Shown: positions 1-7,473 of the stretch, piece by piece
Numbering within the stretch: the stretch's first letter is position 1
Layout of the letters: every line of letters begins with the position of its first letter
From: Planctomycetota bacterium
Lineage (GTDB): Bacteria > Planctomycetota > MHYJ01 > JACQXL01 > JACQZI01
Assembly (NCBI GenBank): GCA_016207825.1
Contig: JACQZI010000005.1
Location: 108,949 to 172,948, forward strand
DNA: 64,000 nt
Direction of reading: 5' to 3'
The notes under the pieces: generated by a model
The model's database searches: none
Seen by the model: only the letters and a program-made list of their open reading frames with translations
Told to the model about the DNA's origin: nothing
Made by a program: the position numbers and the translations under genes

Positions 1-436
1 CATGCAGGTCATCCGAAGGCAGTTTGGACTTGGTTTCCAGTTCCGGCAAAGGCATGGGCTTGCCGTTTTCCGGCAGGTAGCTGTAAATCATATCGGCGTG
101 TTTAACTATTTTTACAACGAATGGCGACGGCTTTTTGGCGGCGAAAGAGCCTTTTTTCAGGAGGGCAACCAGGTCTTCCTTTTTCTTCTGGAATTCCGGG
201 GTCTTGCTGTATTCCTCGGTTACGGATGTCGCGTAAATATTCTCGTAATCCTTAAACGCCTGGCGGCATGGGGCGCAGTCAACCAAATGGCGCAGGACTT
301 CTTCCCGCCTTTCCTTGCCGACAAAAGCGCTTTCGCCTGTGGCGAGGTCAACGATATCCAGGCTGTATTGCTCGCATCCGCCTAACGGCGAGGCGGGTTC
401 CGGGTTCAATCCTTGTTTAGCTTTTTTAGGTTCCAT
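1..436 (-). CDS. putative zf-HC2 anti-sigma factor (partial; C-terminus beyond left window edge)
   Basis: Not in the ORF track because it runs off the edge. Manual translation from ATG 434-436 stays open to base 2 (MEPKKAKQGLNPEPASPLGGCEQYSLDIVDLATGES...RHLVDCAPCRQAFKDYE...). It has an H-x3-C-x2-C motif typical of zf-HC2 anti-sigma N-termini. Its start overlaps the 3' end of the upstream sigma gene (406-436). Confidence 0.55.
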   Translation of the reverse strand, partial: MEPKKAKQGLNPEPASPLGGCEQYSLDIVDLATGESAFVGKERREEVLRHLVDCAPCRQAFKDYENIYATSVTEEYSKTPEFQKKKEDLVALLKKGSFAAKKPSPFVVKIVKHADMIYSYLPENGKPMPLPELETKSKLPSDDLH

Positions 437-1056
437 AAAATCTCGCTCCTTATTGATTTTAATATTCTACAATATCGCATCCTTAATTGTCCAGATTTAT
501 TTGGCTCGCCCTTCTCATTAAACCTGAACTCATCGTATTCAAGTATAGCGGCATAGGAATTATTTTGCTTTAATAAAAACAGTTTCCGGTCTAAGGATTC
601 GAGCTTATTTATCGCCTGATTCATCAGCTTAATCATCATTTCTTTTTGCGGATTATCACTGCTTGGTTCGGGTATCCGCGCCATCGGGTCTTCGGTAAAG
701 GTTTCCAGGTATTCCTTATCAAGCCCGTGTTCCGCATGTCCATAACGGCGGTTTTCCGTAAAGGCGATTTTCTTGGCGATATCGAATATCCAGTTTTTGA
801 ATGAGCCTGCCTGCGCCGGTGCTTCGGCAGGCAGGCCAGGATATCTTGGCCCAAATTTATCGTTTTTTAGAAGCTTGCAGATGGTAAAGAAAGTGATTTG
901 GATAAGGTCGTCAATAAAGGATTTATCCTTGTAGTTACTGTTATTAATGAGGACGCCCCAGACGGGCTTGTAATAGCGGCCGACGAGGATATCCATCGCA
1001 GAATCGTTCCCGTCACCGTAGGAAAGGGCAAGCGTTTCGTCGGATTGAGTACCCAT
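406..1056 (-). CDS. ECF-type sigma-70 family RNA polymerase sigma factor
   Basis: 216-aa ORF with a region-2-like segment (FKNWIFDIAKKIAFTENRR) and a region-4 HTH-like segment (LDRKLFLLKQNNSYAAILE). An overlapping anti-sigma-like ORF follows directly. Confidence 0.65.
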   Translation of the reverse strand: MGTQSDETLALSYGDGNDSAMDILVGRYYKPVWGVLINNSNYKDKSFIDDLIQITFFTICKLLKNDKFGPRYPGLPAEAPAQAGSFKNWIFDIAKKIAFTENRRYGHAEHGLDKEYLETFTEDPMARIPEPSSDNPQKEMMIKLMNQAINKLESLDRKLFLLKQNNSYAAILEYDEFRFNEKGEPNKSGQLRMRYCRILKSIRSEILWNLKKLNKD

Positions 1057-1194
1057 ATTTTTTCACCACAAAGGCACAAAGAAAAACTATTTATCCTTGG
1101 ACTTGTCCTGAGTTCCATCGAAGGGGTTTTCCGTATTATCCGAACCGGAGTCGGGTTTCTTGTCCGGGCTATCTTTGGTCTTATCGGTATCTGA

Positions 1195-1356
1195 TTAACC
1201 AAGAGAATCTTTTTTGGTGTTTTCCTTTGGTGCTTGAGCTTTTGGTGGTTCTGGCCTTGGAGTTTGAGGTCGGGTATTTACGCCCCCTTTTTTTATCATC
1301 CCTTCTTTAAGTAACCCGAATTTAATTGTTTCATCTTTCTTTTTGTCTTCTGTCAT
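1195..1356 (-). CDS. hypothetical small Lys/Pro-rich protein (53 aa), doubtful
   Basis: Manually found ORF below the track cutoff (MTEDKKKDETIKFGLLKEGMIKKGGVNTRPQTPRPEPPKAQAPKENTKKDSLG). Its ATG at 1354-1356 lies 1 nt after the stop of the upstream gene. No recognisable motif. Confidence 0.25.
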   Translation of the reverse strand: MTEDKKKDETIKFGLLKEGMIKKGGVNTRPQTPRPEPPKAQAPKENTKKDSLG

Positions 1357-1357
1357 T

Positions 1358-1990
1358 TTAATTCACCTCCATTTTAGTAATTTCAAGCCGCATATCCTCT
1401 TTATTTATGGGCAAGTATAAAACATTGATATTATACATTTCTTGAGCGGTAGAGTTTTTATATACTTTGACATCCGATAAGCAAATTTCATCGTTTTTGT
1501 CTGTGCTATCTGAATATGCTAAAACCCAACCTTCATACATAAGGTCGTTTTTTACATCTCTAATTACTACCCATCCAATTTCGGGTTGGTTCATAAGATT
1601 ACTCCAGACGTCAGCTTCACCCATTTTATTGGATGCTTTTATAAAATGAGCAAAGCGATATAATATTTTATAAGTAATTGAATATGTAAATATAAAGCCC
1701 ACGAAAATCGAAAGGATTGCTACTATAAAGATTTCAGTTAAATCTAAAGGAATTGTCTTATTTAAAAGAGACTCTATAAATTTAAATTTAAGCTCGATGC
1801 CTGTTAGAGTTACAAGCTTTACGATGGGATAGTATAGCAAATAACAAATGAAGCCTAATAATAAAGAAAGAGAAAATAACTGATAACTTTTAAATTCTTT
1901 GTGTGGCACTAGTTTGTCAATTATAAATAATGATATTATACCCGGCATGAAGAGCAGGATAATTCTTAATGTAAATTCTGATAATTCCAT
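1358..1990 (-). CDS. hypothetical membrane protein (3 predicted N-terminal TM helices plus a soluble C-terminal domain)
   Basis: 210-aa ORF in an AT-rich block. Hydrophobic stretches include IILLFMPGIISLFII, LFSLSLLLGFICYLLYYPIV and IFIVAILSIFVGFIFTY. Same strand and tight spacing with the R-M genes. No family recognised. Confidence 0.5.
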   Translation of the reverse strand: MELSEFTLRIILLFMPGIISLFIIDKLVPHKEFKSYQLFSLSLLLGFICYLLYYPIVKLVTLTGIELKFKFIESLLNKTIPLDLTEIFIVAILSIFVGFIFTYSITYKILYRFAHFIKASNKMGEADVWSNLMNQPEIGWVVIRDVKNDLMYEGWVLAYSDSTDKNDEICLSDVKVYKNSTAQEMYNINVLYLPINKEDMRLEITKMEVN

Positions 1991-2017
1991 AAAGCACCTT
2001 TCTTATAACAATAGGGC

Positions 2018-2341
2018 TTAGTTTCCGGTTTGTATATCTTCTTCAGACGCGGGTAATTTAGTCCACGCCGACTTTAGGGTTTGTATAACAAATTGAATAG
2101 AAACCCCGATTACAACTATGCTTGCTACAACAATATATTGTCTCCATAATTCGGGAAGTTTTTTCTCGTCACCCCAAAATGCTGCCATTAGAAGGTCCAC
2201 ACCGGCAGGAATCGAAAAATATGCCAGAAAAACGAGAACAGTATTGATAATATTCCATGTTCGTTGTCGAAATAGCTGGATTATTACAAAGACAAATACG
2301 CCACCAATCCCTGCCATAATCCCTAACGCCGTTGTATCCAT
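2018..2341 (-). CDS. hypothetical small membrane protein (3 predicted TM helices)
   Basis: 107-aa ORF. Its start codon shares one base with the stop of the upstream ORF (TAATG at 2339-2343). It has three hydrophobic segments. Confidence 0.5.
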   Translation of the reverse strand: MDTTALGIMAGIGGVFVFVIIQLFRQRTWNIINTVLVFLAYFSIPAGVDLLMAAFWGDEKKLPELWRQYIVVASIVVIGVSIQFVIQTLKSAWTKLPASEEDIQTGN

Positions 2342-2586
2342 TATTTATCTAATCCTTTAGCTTCGCTTCCAAGTATTGCTCCAAAAATTCCTCCGACTAT
2401 TGCGCCGATTGGCCCCCCAATTGATGCGCCAAGAAGAGCCCCTCCGATAAGTCCTACAGCTGCTGAATTTTCTCCGCTTTTAGGTGAACCAAGAGGTTTC
2501 CTGCAATTGTAACAAGCATAAGAAGATGCCTTGCAATTGTCAGGAATTTCATTTTGTCTGCCACATTTTGGGCATTGAATGTTCAC
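2341..2586 (-). CDS. zinc-ribbon protein with C-terminal glycine-zipper membrane segment
   Basis: 81 aa. CPKCG...(15 aa)...CYNC forms a zinc-ribbon pattern, followed by VGLIGGALLGASIGGPIGAIVGGIFGAILG (G-x3-G repeats). Confidence 0.55.
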   Translation of the reverse strand: MNIQCPKCGRQNEIPDNCKASSYACYNCRKPLGSPKSGENSAAVGLIGGALLGASIGGPIGAIVGGIFGAILGSEAKGLDK

Positions 2587-2611
2587 GATATTATCCTTTT
2601 AATAATTATTT

Positions 2612-3568
2612 TTATAGCTTGACCAACCAATTACATAATGAATTAACCTGGACCTGATTAGTTAAATTTGCGGCATTTGTTAATATCCCGTCTTTTAACT
2701 GTTCCCAAATTTCCGTAGACATTTTCTTTTCAATAGCCGCTCCGATAAAGAATGTGTATAGACGAGGATTTATTTTGGAAAACGATTTCCTAATCCGTGA
2801 CAATGCGGTATTGGCGGTTTTCCAGTGTTCATCTGCGCCGGCCGGGTCAATCCCGCCTTTTAATTCCCCGCAGGAAATATACATGCCGGGCTTTTTGTAG
2901 GCGACGGGAACTTTCCCATAATCACAATTTAACAGGCAAAAATCTATATTATTTTTAACTACGGGCGGAGTCAGGTTGAAAAGGGCGGTTCTTTTCGCTC
3001 CTTTTCGTTTCCAGCTAATTCCTCTCAAGAACAATTCTATATCCGCGTCATCATCGTTTGCTTTAACCCAGGTCTTGCTCTTGGAATTCAGCCAGTAATA
3101 TGTGGTTTTGGTGATTGAAAGGGCAGAAATGATGGCGCGGGCGAATTTCCTCTGTCCGAGAACGCCTCCCACATTACGCATACTGCCGCCCAAGGTATCA
3201 CCTTTGGTCAATAGAAACCTGTAAACCAGTTCTTCCACAAAATTTGCCCCGGCAGGTTCAAGGAAATTCTTCACTAACCCTTTTATTGCCTCGGTTTTAT
3301 CGTTTTCCTCCAAATGACCGCTCGCTTTATCCGACACCCCGGCCGCGCATAATAATGCGGAACGGATTTCCCTGATATTAAGCAGGTCTTTTGGAGTTTC
3401 AGCGGAAGAGGCAAATGATTTCAAGGAGCGGGCTTGTTCAATAAAAGGAGTGGCGCGCCGATTTCTTTCCAATGCCAGAGAGACAAAACCGGCCCGGGTG
3501 GCTTCATAAGTCGTAATCAACTTTTGACTGCCTGATAAATGTTTCAAATACGGTTTGCTTAACGGCAT
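2612..3568 (-). CDS. putative Type II restriction endonuclease (PD-(D/E)XK-like)
   Basis: 318 aa from ATG 3566-3568; the track start at 3595 is further upstream. The ATG shares a base with the methyltransferase stop (TAATG). Candidate nuclease core is NIDFCLL...CGELKGG (D...E-x-K). It sits immediately downstream of the MTase. Confidence 0.5.
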   Translation of the reverse strand: MPLSKPYLKHLSGSQKLITTYEATRAGFVSLALERNRRATPFIEQARSLKSFASSAETPKDLLNIREIRSALLCAAGVSDKASGHLEENDKTEAIKGLVKNFLEPAGANFVEELVYRFLLTKGDTLGGSMRNVGGVLGQRKFARAIISALSITKTTYYWLNSKSKTWVKANDDDADIELFLRGISWKRKGAKRTALFNLTPPVVKNNIDFCLLNCDYGKVPVAYKKPGMYISCGELKGGIDPAGADEHWKTANTALSRIRKSFSKINPRLYTFFIGAAIEKKMSTEIWEQLKDGILTNAANLTNQVQVNSLCNWLVKL

Positions 3569-5040
3569 TAGGCTTTCCTCCATACATATATGCACTTTCG
3601 CAAGGAAACACGTCCGTGTTTGCCCATTTGCTGACTGCTGTTCCCTTTGCCATTGGGTAATACCAAAATGTTTTCAATCCTAAACCCTAATTCCTCGGCG
3701 ATTTTGGATAATATCGTATCCACCGATATGCTTACACCGGCATAGCGCACATTGTCGTTGACCATAAACATTAAGCCGTTTGGTTTTAATACGCGTAAGC
3801 ACTCGCTGATAACACAAGCCATTTCGTAGAAGTAACCGCGAATCATCCGCGGTATCCCCGAATTATTGAGGACCCCCATATTTTTCTGGTCATCTAAATA
3901 CTTGAGTATAGATTGCAATAATTCCTGCCGGTCAGTTATTTCCATCGCCTGAGCCCATTTTGGATTGATGTGCAAGAGGTCTTTGGCGCGGTTCTCGACC
4001 GTGCAACTAAGCATTTGTTGCCTTAAATCCCGTATCTCATCTTCGGTCGTCCCGAGCATGGCTAATTCCAATGCGTATGTTCTGGTATAATCATACCGGT
4101 TGCAATATGGAGGAGAGGTAATAATCGCGTTGTATGTATTCTTGGGGAGTTCGGGCAGGACGTTTAAACAGGAGCCTTTAAAGTGATTAATATTCCCCTG
4201 CAGAGGCTTTTTGTCGAAAGAAAGGCTTAGGTTCCTTTCATAGATATCATTGATAATCTCATTGATTTTAGAGGACGTTGCCTGGGTAAAAGTTGGAATA
4301 TTTCCCTTATTAAATGCTTTGCCTCCCAGCTGGCGACCAGACCGTATATCCCAACGAAGACATTGTCCGTCTTTACGGGTATAACTAATTGATTCCAGGA
4401 CGCATAATAACGCGAATTGCAGGATAATTTGTATTTTTGGCTCTTCCTTAGATATCGACGCCAAATATTGTTCAATGGCATTAAGCGTATTTGGAGAATA
4501 TGCCCCGTCCGTAATTTTTATTTTATTCAAAGGAATGGTTTTAGCCGACTTTGCCCATGGTTTCTCGTCGCTCCAGCGTTTAAGAATGGCTATGTCTTTA
4601 GAGGTTAGCCCGTTCCCTAAATACCGTTTTGCGGAAATAATCCGGTGACAAAAGGGAAGCAATTCGATTCCATCGGCATCTAATCCTGATTGGCTCGCGG
4701 CGAACAAAGCCGTGCCGCTTCCGGCAAACGGGTCAAGTATTTTACCGGAGATATGATATTTTGATAGCAGGTATTCCACTAAAGAAGCGGAGAAAGCCTC
4801 TTTGAATTTATACCAACGATAAGCTGGTCTTGTTTTATTAGCCTGAAAACTGACATGTTGACGTGTTAAAACCGATTGAGATAAAAACTTACTGTGAAAA
4901 TGCTGCGATAGGTTAGAATCAAGATTATTAATTTCTTGTATCGTATCAGGCTGTTTTAATGAGAAATTCGGAGTATATAAGGCGAGTTCTTCCTTAATTT
5001 TTAATGGTCGTTTAGACTTGGCTTTAAGTTTAGTCGTCAT
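3568..5040 (-). CDS. DNA amino-methyltransferase (N6-adenine or N4-cytosine), Type II R-M
   Basis: Motif I is LDPFAGSGTALFAA and motif IV is IITSPPYCNRYDY, with about 200 aa between them. The track start 5055 is a TTG; the first ATG is at 5038-5040, so the start is uncertain. Confidence 0.8.
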   Translation of the reverse strand: MTTKLKAKSKRPLKIKEELALYTPNFSLKQPDTIQEINNLDSNLSQHFHSKFLSQSVLTRQHVSFQANKTRPAYRWYKFKEAFSASLVEYLLSKYHISGKILDPFAGSGTALFAASQSGLDADGIELLPFCHRIISAKRYLGNGLTSKDIAILKRWSDEKPWAKSAKTIPLNKIKITDGAYSPNTLNAIEQYLASISKEEPKIQIILQFALLCVLESISYTRKDGQCLRWDIRSGRQLGGKAFNKGNIPTFTQATSSKINEIINDIYERNLSLSFDKKPLQGNINHFKGSCLNVLPELPKNTYNAIITSPPYCNRYDYTRTYALELAMLGTTEDEIRDLRQQMLSCTVENRAKDLLHINPKWAQAMEITDRQELLQSILKYLDDQKNMGVLNNSGIPRMIRGYFYEMACVISECLRVLKPNGLMFMVNDNVRYAGVSISVDTILSKIAEELGFRIENILVLPNGKGNSSQQMGKHGRVSLRKCIYVWRKA

Positions 5041-5086
5041 ATAGTTGATATCCAAGTAATTCTAAAACACCTTATTAATGCCACCA

Positions 5087-5114
5087 ATTATATCTTGTTT
5101 CCGGTGATAGTCAA
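5087..5114 (-). promoter_or_regulatory. sigma-70-like promoter of the M-R operon
   Basis: On the minus strand: TTGACT (5109-5114), 16 bp, TATAAT (5087-5092), about 45 nt upstream of the MTase ATG. Confidence 0.4.
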
Positions 5115-5285
5115 GTGAAATCCCTTTTAGTGTTTGTTTTCCTTTTATCCATTTCCGCCAATATAAATCGTAACTATTTTCACCATTTTCCAAAGATTTC
5201 CTGTGACATTCGCCCCACTCCTGCATGTACTTATGGAGGGAGAGGGGAAGAAAACCCCTGAGACCCCTTCAAGGAGGATAAAGAT

Positions 5286-5606
5286 ATGAAAAGGAATGAA
5301 CAAATAACGGATGAACCAAGAACCAATTGCAAGGAATGCCATAAACCGTTACCGAACGGTAACAGCCTGGTTTCCCAAACCGCCCGAACCCTGGGCTATT
5401 GCCGGTATTGCTATCTGGGCAATTTTCCGCAAAGGAACCGGTCAAGAGGCCCGGCTTTGAGGTCAAGCTCTGGTGGCTTACTTTCCAGTTATGAACGGGT
5501 ATTTCTGGAAAAGGCTGGGTTTAATACGGAACTGTGGTCTCCGGAATTCAGGGAAGAGATGCTGGATTACTGGAGAGCCAGAGAAAGGAAAGAGGTGAAT
5601 GTATGA
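5286..5606 (+). CDS. small zinc-ribbon protein (106 aa)
   Basis: Strong SD (AAGGAGGATAAAGATATG). CKEC...(20 aa)...CRYC pattern. Its stop overlaps the protease start (ATGA at 5603-5606). Confidence 0.5.
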   Translation: MKRNEQITDEPRTNCKECHKPLPNGNSLVSQTARTLGYCRYCYLGNFPQRNRSRGPALRSSSGGLLSSYERVFLEKAGFNTELWSPEFREEMLDYWRARERKEVNV

Positions 5607-7360
5607 GAAACCAAGTTATAAGTTATAAGTTTCAAGTTATTAGGTTGCTCATCCTGTTAGTTCTAGGAATTGCGTTAATAGGCTTAACGGCGCGGGCGAC
5701 CAAGCCAATGGAGATGCCGCCGGATGTGATTATCATCAGGCCTATGGATAAGGCTAACAATCCTTATCAACGGGAATATGATGAAATGCTCAAACCTGTT
5801 GTCATGATTACGGCATTATCAGGCAGAGGAACTGGCGTAATCATTCCAGGTTCATTGGTTCATCAGTCCACCGGCTCATTAGCTAATGAACAATTGAACA
5901 ATTCAACAAATGAACTATACATCTTAACAGCGGCTCATGTAGTCGGGAATTATTCAACAGTTACCGTTACTGTTTACGCTCCTCTTTGTGAACTTAGTGC
6001 CTTTGTGGTGATGACTGATACAAATAAGGATCTTGCGCTTCTTAAAATACGAGATTGCTTCGCTAACGCTCGCAATGACAAAACGGCACGGTTGGCTCCA
6101 AGCGATTATACATATTATCTGTTTACCCCGGTGTATGTTGTCGGATGTTCATTAGGCTTAAATCCCAGGCCATCCTCCGGCATTATCAGTTCCATTAGCG
6201 CCTTTGCTGTGGAGATTACCGCACCTGTATTACCAGGCAACTCAGGAGGTCCCGTCTATGATGCGGGCACGCATGAGTTAATCGGTATAGCCGTTTGGGT
6301 TCGGCTTTACGGAGACCAGCTTATTACCACAATGGCAGGTGTCGTCCCAATCTCGGAAATCTACGTTTTCCTTGAAAGTTACAAGTTACAGGTTACGAGT
6401 TTCGAGTTAGAAGATGAAACTTATAACTTGCAACCTGAAACTTATTTCTTAACTGCCGATGAGCCGGTGATTGGTGATGTACACACTAATCAGGGAGACC
6501 GGCTTGTCAGCCTAACCAAAAGACCCCGCACCGCGATGGGTTCGGGGCTTAGAAGGGAGGTGAATAACATGGGAATCGTATCAAAAGTGGATCTATGGAT
6601 ACCAGCGAACGTGCCACCTTCTCCGGATATGGAACAGAAGTGGAATGACGTTTTGCAGACCGTTGCGACGCTCATTAATGACCGCCGCAATGCCAAGATA
6701 CCCGATGAAGCGGCTTTCCAGAACAAGGTTGTGGAAGCCTCTAATCAGGCATGGGCAAACGTAATCAGCTCTACCTATCGTTCCAAAAGTGGCAAGACCT
6801 ACGACAAGATGAAGAACGCGCATGACGCAAACCTTCAGCAGTCGTATAACCAGTGGAACGAGAAGCTCAACCGGATGTTCGAGTCGGTTGACGGCGTCAC
6901 CGCCAAGCGGTTCAAGGACATAGTTTCTTTTGCCAAGAAATTCTGGACAGAGACCGTCGGCAAGGGCGTCTTAAGGCTGACCGGAGATAAGGTGCGCGGA
7001 CAAGGGGCGGCGACCATTGCGACTTATTGGCTCACAGGCGAGCCGATGGCCGCAGGTATGGTGCGCCCCCAGGATACCGGGATAATCGGTGGTCCGTATC
7101 GGGTTTGCAGGATTGAACTCGTCCAGGCTCTGAAAGCAGCGCTGATGAACAGGCTGGTTCAGGCAGGCATGGTGATTTTCAATTCCCAACTCTCGATGCC
7201 GATAATCACCGAGGAAAACACGACTACCAATACGCTGATACAGGGTTTTATTGACCCGGCGTTAGGATTGGAATCGTTTACTCCCGGCGGCGCGTCTCAC
7301 CTTGACTTTGTCAAGCAGGGCGCGTTACTCAAGCTTTCGCTCCAGGTATCGCAAGTGTAA
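5603..7360 (+). CDS. membrane-anchored trypsin-like (S1 / Trypsin_2-type) serine protease with a ~330-aa C-terminal extension of unknown function
   Basis: ATG 5603 is preceded by GGAAAGAGGTG; the track start 5534 is upstream. N-terminal TM is LLILLVLGIALIGL. Catalytic-triad contexts are LTAAHVV, NKDLALLKI and GNSGGPVY. An in-frame SD plus ATG at 6555-6571 may mark a separate downstream product. Confidence 0.7.
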   Translation: MRNQVISYKFQVIRLLILLVLGIALIGLTARATKPMEMPPDVIIIRPMDKANNPYQREYDEMLKPVVMITALSGRGTGVIIPGSLVHQSTGSLANEQLNNSTNELYILTAAHVVGNYSTVTVTVYAPLCELSAFVVMTDTNKDLALLKIRDCFANARNDKTARLAPSDYTYYLFTPVYVVGCSLGLNPRPSSGIISSISAFAVEITAPVLPGNSGGPVYDAGTHELIGIAVWVRLYGDQLITTMAGVVPISEIYVFLESYKLQVTSFELEDETYNLQPETYFLTADEPVIGDVHTNQGDRLVSLTKRPRTAMGSGLRREVNNMGIVSKVDLWIPANVPPSPDMEQKWNDVLQTVATLINDRRNAKIPDEAAFQNKVVEASNQAWANVISSTYRSKSGKTYDKMKNAHDANLQQSYNQWNEKLNRMFESVDGVTAKRFKDIVSFAKKFWTETVGKGVLRLTGDKVRGQGAATIATYWLTGEPMAAGMVRPQDTGIIGGPYRVCRIELVQALKAALMNRLVQAGMVIFNSQLSMPIITEENTTTNTLIQGFIDPALGLESFTPGGASHLDFVKQGALLKLSLQVSQV

Positions 7361-7372
7361 TGGACAGGTGAT

Positions 7373-7400
7373 GCCCCAATCTCTCTCGATTGGGGCTTTC
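7373..7400 (+). terminator. rho-independent terminator candidate after the protease gene
   Basis: GCCCCAATC (7373-7381), loop TCTCTC, GATTGGGGC (7388-7396), followed by TTTCGCCCTTTATT. Confidence 0.5.
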
Positions 7401-7445
7401 GCCCTTTATTCATCTCTCTCCCGACGCTTGCGGTCGGGACGCTTC

Positions 7446-7472
7446 GCAACCGTCAGGGGCGGTTGCCTTTTT
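7446..7472 (+). terminator. second hairpin plus T-run terminator candidate
   Basis: GCAACCG (7446-7452), 7-nt loop, CGGTTGC (7460-7466), then CTTTTT. It lies between convergent genes. Confidence 0.4.
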
Positions 7473-7473
7473 C

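Noticed and set aside
2-385. 127-aa plus-strand ORF at the left edge.
   Set aside because: It lies antisense to a better minus-strand ORF that has an anti-sigma zf-HC2 motif and overlaps the sigma gene. The plus-strand translation is low-complexity (F/R/G/L-rich).
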